Assembly (NCBI GenBank): GCA_965248835.1
Contig: CBDFLJ010000001.1
Coordinates: forward strand, 1,312,001 to 1,376,000
Length of the DNA: 64,000 bases
Source of the DNA: Alphaproteobacteria bacterium
GTDB taxonomy: Bacteria > Pseudomonadota > Alphaproteobacteria > MPNO01
Direction of reading: 5' to 3'
The notes beneath the pieces were generated by a model. That model did not search any database and was not told where the DNA came from. It worked only from the letters and a program-made list of their open reading frames with translations. Of this stretch, positions 9,591 through 18,359 are shown piece after piece. Positions within the stretch are counted from its first letter, which is position 1; each line of letters opens with the position of its first letter. The position numbers were made by a program, and so were the translations under genes.

Positions 9591-10677
9591 GCTCGCGCTG
9601 ACCGCCCGGCCCCGCCGCCGCCATTTCGGCCGGCTCGGCCTCGATGTGCGCCAGTCGATCGGGCGCACCCGCCATGCCGGCTTCATCGCGCTGTCGCTGG
9701 CGATCGGGCTCGGCATTTCCGTCGCGATCCTGGTGGTCGCCGGTGTCGAGCCGGCCAATATCTTCGAAGAGTTCGTCGTGCTGACCTTCTTCGACCGGCT
9801 GGGGCTTTCGAGCGTCCTGATCGAGTGCAGCCCGCTGATCCTGGTCGGGCTCAGCGCGGCGGTCGCCTTCCGGGTGAATTTCTGGAACATCGGGATCGAG
9901 GGTCAGTTCTTCTTCGGCGCCATCGGAGCGACGATCATTGCGATCTTCGATGTCGGCCCGCCGTCGATGCGGATCGGGCTGATGCTGGTCCTGGCGCTCG
10001 CCGGCGGGTTTGTCTGGATCGTTCCGCCGGCCGTGCTGAAGATCAGGCTCGGCGTCAACGAGGTGATCTCGACTCTGCTGCTGAACTATGTCGCCTATCT
10101 GTTCGTCCTCAACCAGGTCTATGGCGCCTGGCAGGACGAGCGCGAGCGCTTCCCCCATTCCGAGTCCTTCGACGTCGTCGAGCGGCTGCCCCTGATCGGC
10201 TGGGAGAAGGTCCATATCGGGCTGGTCTTCAGCGTGGTCGCGGTCGCCCTGGTCTGGTGGGTGATGGAAAAGAGCCGACTCGGCGTCTATATGCGCTTCG
10301 TCGGCGCCAACCCGGCGATGGCGCTGGCCGCGGGGATACCGGTGGCGCTGACCGTCTTCCTCGCGGTCGGGCTGTCGGGGATGCTGTCGGGCGCCGCCGG
10401 GTTCGTCATGGCCGCTGCCCAGGAGCACCGGCTGACCGGGACGATGGCCGCAGGCTACGGCTTCTCCGGAATCATGATTGCCTTTCTTGCCCGTAACAAC
10501 CCCGCCGCGGTCCTGGTGGTGGCCTTCCTGATCGGCGGGCTCTATGCCGCCGGCCAGAGCGTGAAGGTCTTCTACAGCCTGCCTCAGGCCCTGGTGTCGC
10601 TGATCCAGGCGATCATCGTCATGTGCGTGGCGGCCTCGGACTTCCTGGTGCGCTACCGGGTGCGCTGGGTGCGATAG
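9583..10677 (+). CDS. ABC permease (nucleoside type)
   Basis: WNIGIEGQ, NEVISTLLLNY, hydrophobic. Confidence 0.9.
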   Translation: MPELALTARPRRRHFGRLGLDVRQSIGRTRHAGFIALSLAIGLGISVAILVVAGVEPANIFEEFVVLTFFDRLGLSSVLIECSPLILVGLSAAVAFRVNFWNIGIEGQFFFGAIGATIIAIFDVGPPSMRIGLMLVLALAGGFVWIVPPAVLKIRLGVNEVISTLLLNYVAYLFVLNQVYGAWQDERERFPHSESFDVVERLPLIGWEKVHIGLVFSVVAVALVWWVMEKSRLGVYMRFVGANPAMALAAGIPVALTVFLAVGLSGMLSGAAGFVMAAAQEHRLTGTMAAGYGFSGIMIAFLARNNPAAVLVVAFLIGGLYAAGQSVKVFYSLPQALVSLIQAIIVMCVAASDFLVRYRVRWVR

Positions 10678-10686
10678 GGGGCGAGC

Positions 10687-11610
10687 ATGGACTTCATCGC
10701 CAACTGGCTCGCCTTCACCCCGGTGTTCGCCACACCGCTGATCCTCGCCACGCTGGGGCTGATCATCAACGAGCGCGCCGGCGTGATCAATCTCGGTGCT
10801 GAAGGGCTGATGCTGTGCGGCGCGCTGACCGGCGTCGCGGCCTATGTCGAGCTCGGCCAGTCGACGTTCGTCAGCATGGCCGCCTCAGGCGTCGCGGGCT
10901 TCGTTGTCGCCGCCCTGTTCGCTTTCCTGGTGGTCGTGCTCCGGGCCGATCAGGTGGTAACCGGCATCACCATCGTCTTCTTCGGCGTCGGGCTGACCGG
11001 CCTCATCGGGCTCAAATGGAACGACAAGGCGATCGCCGGCTTCCAGAAGCTCGACCTCGGCGTGCTGTCGGACATCCCCTTTCTCGGCAAGGTCTTCTTC
11101 GCCCAGGACGCGATGGTCTACCTGACGATACCGATCATCGGCGGCGTGTGGTGGTTTCTATTCCGCACCAGGACCGGGCTCAACCTGCGTGCGGTGGGCG
11201 AGAACCCGCAGGCGGCGGACGCTGCGGGCATCGGGGTCGACCTCTACCGGTTCTGCGCGGTCACCGCCGGCGGCGTGCTGTGCGGCATGGCGGGCGGCTA
11301 TCTGGCGCTCGCGGCAGCCAAGATCTGGGTCAACGAGATGACCCATGGGCGCGGCTGGATCGCGATCGCGCTGGTGATCTTCGCCCGCTGGATGCCCGGC
11401 CGGGCGGTGTTCGGCGCGCTGTTGTTCGGCGGCATCGAGGCGCTGATCCCGCGCATCTTCGCCGCCGGCTGGCCGGTGCCGCAATATTTCCTGCAGATGA
11501 CCCCGTTTCTTGCGACCCTGGCGGTCCTGGTCTATGCCGGCCTCCGGCGTTCGCGCTCCGACGCCCCGGGCGCGCTGGGCCTGCCCTATGTCCGCGAGGA
11601 CCGCCGGTGA
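10687..11610 (+). CDS. ABC permease (nucleoside type)
   Basis: ERAGVINLGAEG, GRGWIAIALVIF. Confidence 0.9.
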   Translation: MDFIANWLAFTPVFATPLILATLGLIINERAGVINLGAEGLMLCGALTGVAAYVELGQSTFVSMAASGVAGFVVAALFAFLVVVLRADQVVTGITIVFFGVGLTGLIGLKWNDKAIAGFQKLDLGVLSDIPFLGKVFFAQDAMVYLTIPIIGGVWWFLFRTRTGLNLRAVGENPQAADAAGIGVDLYRFCAVTAGGVLCGMAGGYLALAAAKIWVNEMTHGRGWIAIALVIFARWMPGRAVFGALLFGGIEALIPRIFAAGWPVPQYFLQMTPFLATLAVLVYAGLRRSRSDAPGALGLPYVREDRR

Positions 11611-11640
11611 GGACTGCCGGCGGTCTGCCTGCGTCCGGGT

Positions 11641-12045
11641 TCAGTCGAACATCGCCACGCAGTCGATCTCGACATTGACCCCGGCCCGGTGCGGCGTGCC
11701 GCCGATGCAGGTCCGGGTGACCTTCTCGCCGTCCATGAAGGCGGTGAAGGCGGCGTTGAACCGCTGGAAGTCCGCGGTATCGCGCAGGCAGACCCGCATA
11801 TTCACGACGTTGGCCATCGTTGCCCCCGCGGTCTCCAGGACGCTCTGGAGGTTGGCGAGCGTCTGGCGGGTCTGCGCCTCGATGTCGCCCGAGACCACCT
11901 CGCGGGTCTGCGGATCGAGCGGGCCCTGGCCGGAGACGAACAGCATGTTTGCGAACCTGACGGCCTGGGCGAGCGGGGATGGCGTGGATTTGTCGGAGAA
12001 CCCCGTGGTCGGCGCGCTCGCCGAGGTGAGGATCTGTTTGGGCAC
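11641..12045 (-). CDS. RidA/YjgF family protein
   Basis: SQA-like AQAVR, VSGQGP, QTRQTLANL, VEIDCVA; GTG start after AGGAG. Confidence 0.88.
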   Translation of the reverse strand: MPKQILTSASAPTTGFSDKSTPSPLAQAVRFANMLFVSGQGPLDPQTREVVSGDIEAQTRQTLANLQSVLETAGATMANVVNMRVCLRDTADFQRFNAAFTAFMDGEKVTRTCIGGTPHRAGVNVEIDCVAMFD

Positions 12046-12074
12046 CGGTCGGTCTCCTTGCCTTTGCGCGCGGT

Positions 12075-12584
12075 TCAGGGGGCCGGCATCACGTTGCCGC
12101 AGGACGCGCACGTGCGCGCCGCCTCGGACTCGAAGAACCGGGCATAGGCCTTGGAGACCGGATCGAGCGCGTAGTCCTCGACCACGAAGTCGATCTCGTG
12201 CAGCAGGTCGTCGCATTCGGGACAGAACCACTGAAATAGGTCGATCTCGCCCGGAGTCCGCTGGCGCTCCATGACCAGCAGGAACGCATCGGGCGCAAAG
12301 CGCGGCGAATGGGGCACGCCAGCGGCGGTGTAGATCGCCGAGCCTTGCTTGAGGACCGAGACGTCCTCCCTGCCCTCGGGCGTGCGGTAATGGAGGTTCA
12401 TCTCGCCCCGGATCATGTACATGACCTCATCGGAGGGATTGATATGGAACTCGCTGCGGTATTCCCGGCCGCGGGCGATGAAGGCCAGCGTGTCGGGCCG
12501 CTGCCACAGGACCCGGACCCGTTGGCCGGTCTCGGCCAGGTCGTCGGCAATCGCGTTCAGATCGGCAATCGGCATCGGCAGCAT
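12075..12584 (-). CDS. 3-hydroxyanthranilate 3,4-dioxygenase-like cupin
   Basis: RSEFH..DE, VPHSP, VMER and rubredoxin-like CPEC / CASC. Confidence 0.8.
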   Translation of the reverse strand: MLPMPIADLNAIADDLAETGQRVRVLWQRPDTLAFIARGREYRSEFHINPSDEVMYMIRGEMNLHYRTPEGREDVSVLKQGSAIYTAAGVPHSPRFAPDAFLLVMERQRTPGEIDLFQWFCPECDDLLHEIDFVVEDYALDPVSKAYARFFESEAARTCASCGNVMPAP

Positions 12585-12701
12585 CGCGGCCTCCTTCCTT
12601 GCTGATCGGGCGACTATTGCACAACCGCGCCCGCCGCGCCCAAGGTTTGATTTGCCGCGGGCGGGAAATCCCGCCAAGCTTGGCCGGAGACCGACCGAGG
12701 A

Positions 12702-13238
12702 ATGGCGAGATATGAAATGACGCGGCTTTCACACAGGGACCGCTCCGAGGTCCCCGGGCTCGAGGTGCACTTCGACGCCGTCGAGGACCGGATGGGCTTC
12801 CTGCCCAATTCCCAGCTCGTGATGGCCCACAAGCCGCTTCTGGTCGAGGCGTTCGCGGCGATGCGCGAGGCGGTCTATGACGCCGACGGCGCGACGCCCC
12901 AGGCCCTGCTGTCGCTGGCGGGCGCGGTTGCCAGCATGGCTGCCGGCTGCCGTTACTGCACCGCGCACTCGGCCTCGAACGCGGCCAGGCGCGCGGTGCC
13001 CGACGACAAGCTCGCCGATCTGTGGACCTACGAGACCAGCAGCCATTTCACCGAGGCCGAGCGCGCCGCGCTTCGCTTCGCCCAGGCCGCCGTGTTCTGG
13101 TACGGGTTCTTGAACCGGTTCAACGATTCGCTGGCCACGACATTGGAAGACGAGCCGCACGGATTCGCCGGACGAACGCTCGCCCGGAGCGGCTGGACGG
13201 CGGGCAAGCACGATCGTGCCGCGGCCGATGCCGGCTGA
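12702..13238 (+). CDS. AhpD/CMD family peroxidase-like protein, apparently with an internal in-frame deletion
   Basis: MGFLPNS, GCRYCTAH, GFLNRFND; segment between AERAALRFAQAA and GFLNR is much shorter than usual for the family. Confidence 0.7.
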   Translation: MARYEMTRLSHRDRSEVPGLEVHFDAVEDRMGFLPNSQLVMAHKPLLVEAFAAMREAVYDADGATPQALLSLAGAVASMAAGCRYCTAHSASNAARRAVPDDKLADLWTYETSSHFTEAERAALRFAQAAVFWYGFLNRFNDSLATTLEDEPHGFAGRTLARSGWTAGKHDRAAADAG

Positions 13239-13250
13239 AGAGGCGCGCAG

Positions 13251-14300
13251 ATGAAATTCGGTATGTTCGGCGGCGCCACCGCCCGCGGCCAGAGTGCGGA
13301 CGCAGCCGCGCGCTGGTCCGGGGGCGCGGATCGCTACAGGATGGCGGCCTCCGACGACAGCCATGCCTACGACCAGTTCGTCGCCGCGATCCAGGAGGCC
13401 GAGGCGCTGGGCTATCACTCGATCTTTCTGGTCGAACACCATTTCACCGGGGTGGCCCAGGTCTCCGCGTCACTCAACCTGCTGACGTTCCTGGCCGCCA
13501 AGACCGCAACGATCCGGTTGGGGACCGCGGTGGTCGTCGTGCCCTGGCACAACCCGGTCCTGCTTGCCGAGCAGGCCGCGACCGTCGACGTGCTGTCGGC
13601 CGGGCGGCTCGATTTCGGCGTCGGCAAGGGCTACCGGCCGAACGAGTTCCACGGCTTCTGCGTCCCGCTGGAGGAGGCCAGTGAGCGGTTCGAGGAATCG
13701 ATGGGCCTGATCCGCAAGGCCTTCGTCTGCGAGGAGAGGTTCACCTGGCATTCCAGGCGCTGGAACTTCGAGGACATCGTCGTCGAGCCGCCGCCGGTGC
13801 AGCGGCCGCACCCGCCGCTATGGCTGGCCGCCGGGCGCCCGGACTCGCTGCGCAAGGCGGCCGAGGACGGCTATTCGCTGCTGCTCGACCAGTTCGCGAC
13901 CCTCGAGGTAGCGCTCGAGCGTTTCTATATCTACCGCGACGCGGTCGAGGCCGCGGGCCGGGAGTTCGATCCGATGACGGTCGCCGTCGCGCGCGCGGTC
14001 GACATCATCGACAGCGAGGATGAGCGCGAAGATGCGATCGCCCGGCGGATGAACGCGCTGGAGCGGATGAACAGGCTCGCGCGGACCGAGGACGGCAGCT
14101 ATGTCTCGTCGATGGCATCGGACCCCGACCTGCGCAAGGCGGCCGAGCGCGGCACCCTGATCGGCACGCCCGATGAGATCGTCGAGCGCATCCGCCAGCT
14201 CGGCAACGGCGGCATCGAATACATCCTGCTGGCCGGCATCCAGTCCTACCCGCAGATGATGCGCCGCTTCGCGAGCGAGGTGATGCCGGCCTTCGCCTGA
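13251..14300 (+). CDS. LLM-class flavin-dependent oxidoreductase
   Basis: EHHF, IRLGTAV, GRLDFGVGKGY, PVQRPHPP. Confidence 0.92.
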   Translation: MKFGMFGGATARGQSADAAARWSGGADRYRMAASDDSHAYDQFVAAIQEAEALGYHSIFLVEHHFTGVAQVSASLNLLTFLAAKTATIRLGTAVVVVPWHNPVLLAEQAATVDVLSAGRLDFGVGKGYRPNEFHGFCVPLEEASERFEESMGLIRKAFVCEERFTWHSRRWNFEDIVVEPPPVQRPHPPLWLAAGRPDSLRKAAEDGYSLLLDQFATLEVALERFYIYRDAVEAAGREFDPMTVAVARAVDIIDSEDEREDAIARRMNALERMNRLARTEDGSYVSSMASDPDLRKAAERGTLIGTPDEIVERIRQLGNGGIEYILLAGIQSYPQMMRRFASEVMPAFA

Positions 14301-14332
14301 ACGATGACGTGCAACACAGCCGAGGACGAGCG

Positions 14333-14548
14333 ATGAAGTTCCGCATCGAATACTGCGTGGCCTGAAACTACGAGCCCCGCGCCCTCCGTGCGAGGGAACG
14401 GCTCCGGGCGAAGGGCGCCGAGGCGGAGATCGCCGCCGGCGCCCGCGGCGCGTTCGAGATCACCCGCGAAGGGGAGCTGGCGTTCTCCAAGCTCGCCACC
14501 GGCCGCTTCCCCGCCGACGAGGAGGTCGACGCCCTGGTCTCCTTCTAG
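14333..14548 (+). CDS. Rdx (SelW/SelT/SelH-like) selenoprotein, 71 aa, TGA 14363-14365 = Sec
   Basis: MKFRIEYCVA-U-NYEPRA...GAFEI...FSKLATGRFP...*; GAGG RBS; CxxU motif; hairpin right after TGA. Confidence 0.88.
14372..14404 (+). promoter_or_regulatory. Putative bacterial SECIS element
   Basis: GAGCC/GGCTC lower stem, CCCTC/GAGGG upper stem, G-containing loop CGTGC starting 21 nt after TGA. Confidence 0.7.
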
Positions 14549-14641
14549 GCCCGGCGGCTCCGGCTTGCCCTGGCGCGCGCTTTCCGAGCGCGGGCCTTGG
14601 CGGTAGTCTCCCCGTCCATGGTCAACCGGGGAGAGGACGGT

Positions 14642-15412
14642 ATGGGCGGGTTGCTCGAGGGGCACCGTGCGGTCGTGACCGGCGGCGGATCGGGGATCGG
14701 GCGCGCCATCGCGGCCGGCTATGCCGAGCACGGCGCGGAGATCGTCATTCTCGATGCGAATGTCGAGGCGGCCGATGCGGTCTGCCGGCAGATCGTCGAA
14801 GCCGGCCACGCAGCCCGCAGCATCGCGCTCGACGTCGCCGACCGCCAGAAGTGTGCCAGCGTCGCCCGGCAGGTCTCCGAGACCGTCGGCGACATCTCGA
14901 TCCTGGTGAACAACGCCGGGATCAACCGCCGCACCCCGTTCACCGGCGATCGGCCGACCGTCGCCCGGGACTGGGACGACATCATGGCCGTCAACCTCAA
15001 CGGCATGTTCAACGTCACCCACGCCTTCGTCGATCAGCTCCGGGCGCGGCGCGGCCGAGTGGTCAATATCGGCTCCATCCAGTCCTTCGTCCACGTGCGC
15101 ACGCCGAACTCGCTGGCCTACACGACTTCCAAGCACGGCGTGCTGGGCTTCACCCGCGCACTCGCCGCCGAGCTCGGCAAGGACGGCGTGCGGGTCAACG
15201 CCATCGGGCCCGGGCTGATCGAGACGCCGCTCAACGCGCAGGCGCGCGCCAACAACCCGGAGCTCATCGAGGTCTTCCTCGACCACACGCCGCTGCGGCG
15301 CACCGGGAAGCCCGAAGACATCGTAGGCCCGGCGCTCTTCCTCGCCTCGGACCTGTCCGGATACGTCACCGGCGGCATCGTGATGGCCGACGGCGGCTAC
15401 AGATCGATCTGA
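14642..15412 (+). CDS. Short-chain dehydrogenase/reductase
   Basis: TGGGSGIG, NNAG, YTTSK, VRVNAIGPG. Confidence 0.93.
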   Translation: MGGLLEGHRAVVTGGGSGIGRAIAAGYAEHGAEIVILDANVEAADAVCRQIVEAGHAARSIALDVADRQKCASVARQVSETVGDISILVNNAGINRRTPFTGDRPTVARDWDDIMAVNLNGMFNVTHAFVDQLRARRGRVVNIGSIQSFVHVRTPNSLAYTTSKHGVLGFTRALAAELGKDGVRVNAIGPGLIETPLNAQARANNPELIEVFLDHTPLRRTGKPEDIVGPALFLASDLSGYVTGGIVMADGGYRSI

Positions 15413-15419
15413 GGCAACC

Positions 15420-15560
15420 GCTCCCGTTCGCGGCGAGCATGGGCGGGTCGTCATGGCGGCGGTCGAGATAGTCCAGGATCGCCGGGGAATCACAGAGCAC
15501 CTGCCCGTCATCGGTGATCGGGCAGAGGATCCTGCCCAGCGGGTCGACCTCGGCCCGCTG
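15420..15560 (-). pseudogene. Glutathione S-transferase N-domain remnant
   Basis: VDPLGRILCPITDDGQVLCDSPAILDYLD resembles NPLGKVP..DDG..L.DS..I..YLD; no start or C-domain. Confidence 0.6.
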
Positions 15561-15601
15561 CCAAATCCCGTGCCGGCCACCAATTATGGTAAGCTGGCGC
15601 A

Positions 15602-16423
15602 ATGTGGTCGAATGTCGTCGATCTTAGGAACTTCTACCGTTCGAAGATGGGCCGGGTCGCCCGGCGGGTGATCCGCGACCATGTGCGGGCCCATTGGACC
15701 GACGTCGCCGGCATGAACGTCCTGGGCGTGGGGTATGCGACCCCCTATCTGGGCGCGTTCCGCGGCGAGGCGGCGCGCGTGATCTCGGTGATGCCGGCGC
15801 GCCAGGGAGTCCTCCGCTGGCCGGTCGATGCGCCCAACCTGACCACGCTCGCCGAGGAGGCGGAGCTTCCGCTGCCCGACATGTCGATGGACCGGGTGCT
15901 GCTGGTTCATGCCCTGGAGTCTTCGGAGCAGCTCCGGTCGATGATGCGCGAGATCTGGCGGGTGATGGCCGACGGCGCGCGCCTGCTGGTGGTGGTGCCC
16001 AACCGGACCGGCATCTGGGCGCGGCTCGACCGCACCCCCTTCGGACATGGCCATCCCTATACCAACTCGCAGATTTCGACGCTTCTGCGCGATACGATGT
16101 TCGATCCGTTGGCCGCGCAATTCGGGCTGTTCATGCCGCCCAGCCGGCGCCGCGTTCTGATTGCATCGGCACCCGCGCTGGAGCGTATCGGCGGCCGCTG
16201 GTTCCCGCGCCTGGGCGGCGTCCTGTTCGTCGAGGCGGCCAAGCAGATCCACGCCGTCACGCCGGTGACCGCGACCGCGCCGCGCCGCCGGGCACGGGCG
16301 GTGGCGTCCGGCGCTGAAGCGATTCGTTCGATCCACCGGCAGCATCTTGCGCCCGGCCGTGTCCGCGCCGCCGGCCCGCACCGTCATCATCACCGGGTTG
16401 GGGACGATCCCCGGACCGGGTGA
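15602..16423 (+). CDS. Class I SAM-dependent methyltransferase (YafS-like, alphaproteobacterial type)
   Basis: VVDLRNFY, LGVGYATPYL, DRVLLVHALE, TPFGHGHPY. Confidence 0.85.
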   Translation: MWSNVVDLRNFYRSKMGRVARRVIRDHVRAHWTDVAGMNVLGVGYATPYLGAFRGEAARVISVMPARQGVLRWPVDAPNLTTLAEEAELPLPDMSMDRVLLVHALESSEQLRSMMREIWRVMADGARLLVVVPNRTGIWARLDRTPFGHGHPYTNSQISTLLRDTMFDPLAAQFGLFMPPSRRRVLIASAPALERIGGRWFPRLGGVLFVEAAKQIHAVTPVTATAPRRRARAVASGAEAIRSIHRQHLAPGRVRAAGPHRHHHRVGDDPRTG

Positions 16424-16429
16424 GGCCTT

Positions 16430-17035
16430 CTATCCGGCCCTGGGCCGCAGCAGAAAGATTCCCTGCTCGCTCCGCAGGTTGGCGAAGGGGCCGATCCTGG
16501 CCAGCTCGCTCGAGCGGCCCTTGCGGTTCAGCGAGACCGCGCGCTCGACCTCCAGATCGAGCTCCGCGCACAGCTCCAAGAAGTCGAGGATGGTGCACAG
16601 GTGGATGTTGGGCGTGTCGTACCAGCGATCGCCATTCTCCCCGATCGCCGGCATCCGCCCGCCGACCAGCAATCGCCAGCGGATCCTCAGGTGCCCGAAA
16701 TTGGTGAACGAGACGATCGCCCGGCCGGCGATGCGCACGAGCTGGCGCAGCAACCCGCGCGGTGCGTGGGTGGCCTGCAGCGTCTGGCTCAGCACCGCGT
16801 AGTCGAACGCCCCGTCGGGATAGTCCGCCAGGTCGGTGTCGGCATCGCCTTGCACCACCGATAGGCCGTGGCTCACGCAGGCGTTCACCCCCTCCTGGCT
16901 GAGCTCGATCCCGCGCGCGTCGATCCCCTTGACGTGGACCAGATGATCGAGCAGCGCGCCGTCGCCGCAGCCGATGTCGAGCACCCGCGAGTCCGGGGTG
17001 ATCATCTCGGCGATCACCTGAAGGTCGCGCCGCAT
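16430..17035 (-). CDS. metW: Methionine biosynthesis protein MetW
   Basis: VLDIGCGDG, LSQTLQA, WYDTPNIHLCT; downstream of metX. Confidence 0.93.
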   Translation of the reverse strand: MRRDLQVIAEMITPDSRVLDIGCGDGALLDHLVHVKGIDARGIELSQEGVNACVSHGLSVVQGDADTDLADYPDGAFDYAVLSQTLQATHAPRGLLRQLVRIAGRAIVSFTNFGHLRIRWRLLVGGRMPAIGENGDRWYDTPNIHLCTILDFLELCAELDLEVERAVSLNRKGRSSELARIGPFANLRSEQGIFLLRPRAG

Positions 17036-18198
17036 CACCGGCTGGCAAGGCCCCGGTGCTCGGCTGCGCCGTCGAGGAAGCCCGACAAGGTCGCCTGGAA
17101 CACCGGCTCGTCCAGCAGGAACGCGTCGTGTCCCTTGTCGCTCTCGACCTCCACGAAGCTGACATTGGCGGCCACCGCATTCAGCGCGCGCACCACGTCG
17201 CGGCTCTCGCTGGTCGGGAACAGCCAGTCGCTGGTGAAGGATATGACGCAGAACCTGACGGTCGAGTCGGTGAACGCCTTGGCCAGCACCCCGCCATGCT
17301 CGCGCGCCAGGTCGAAATAGTCCATCGCCCGGGTGATGTAGAGATAGGAGTTCGCATCGAACCGCTCGACGAAGCTGCTGCCCTGGTGGCGCAGATAGCT
17401 CTCGACCTGGAAGTCGGCCTCGAAGCCGAAGCTCAGCGCATCGCGCCCCTGCAGCCGGCGGCCGAACTTGCGGTGCAGCGCCGCCTCGGACAGGTAGGTG
17501 ATGTGCGCGGCCATGCGGGCCACCGCCAGGCCCCGCGTCGGCGTCTTGCGGTGCTGCAGATAGGCGCCGTTGCACCAGTCGGGGTCGGCGATGATCGCCT
17601 GGCGGCCGACCTCGTGCAGCGCGATGTTCTGGGCGGAATGGCGCGCCGCGCAGGCGATCGGCACCGCAGCGAACACGCGGTGGGGATAGCGTGCGGCCCA
17701 TTCCAGCACCTGCATCCCGCCCATCGAGCCGCCGATGACGCAGAACAACGTCTGGATGTCCAGATGGTCGAGCAGCCGGGCCTGGGCGCGGACCATGTCG
17801 GAGACCGTGATGAACGGGAAATCGATGCCGTAGGGCGTGCCGGTCTCAGGGTTGACGTCCATCGGGCCGGTGGTGCCCATGCAGCCGCCGAGCACGTTGG
17901 CGCAGATCACCAAATAGCGGTCGGTATCGAGCACCTTGCCCGGTCCGACCATGGTGTCCCACCAGCCAGGCTTGCCGGTGATCGGGTGCGGGTCGGCGAC
18001 GAACTGGTCGCCGCTGAGTGCATGACAGACCAGGATCGCGTTGGAGCGCTCGGGATTCAACGTCCCATAAGTCTGGTAGGCGACCGTGAACGGCCCGAGC
18101 TCAACGCCGCAATCCAGGCGCAACGGTTTCTCGGTCGCAAGGCGGACATGCGCGCCGGGCAATTCGGATCCGGCAACGGACACACTCTGATTGTACAC
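17035..18198 (-). CDS. metX: Homoserine O-acetyltransferase (start uncertain)
   Basis: [27 protein letters not shown]. Confidence 0.94.
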   Translation of the reverse strand: MYNQSVSVAGSELPGAHVRLATEKPLRLDCGVELGPFTVAYQTYGTLNPERSNAILVCHALSGDQFVADPHPITGKPGWWDTMVGPGKVLDTDRYLVICANVLGGCMGTTGPMDVNPETGTPYGIDFPFITVSDMVRAQARLLDHLDIQTLFCVIGGSMGGMQVLEWAARYPHRVFAAVPIACAARHSAQNIALHEVGRQAIIADPDWCNGAYLQHRKTPTRGLAVARMAAHITYLSEAALHRKFGRRLQGRDALSFGFEADFQVESYLRHQGSSFVERFDANSYLYITRAMDYFDLAREHGGVLAKAFTDSTVRFCVISFTSDWLFPTSESRDVVRALNAVAANVSFVEVESDKGHDAFLLDEPVFQATLSGFLDGAAEHRGLASR

Positions 18199-18359
18199 CG
18201 GCAGGCTCTTCCCCGTTCTGACCAACGCTCCCCGAAACGTCGTTGGGCTCGATTGTAACCAAAGCCGCGTCTGGTTATAAGTCGCAAGGATGGCACAGTG
18301 TTTCCCGGGCGGAAACCGTGCCGCGCAGTTTCGCAGGGGTAAGGGAGCGACCGGTCGCG

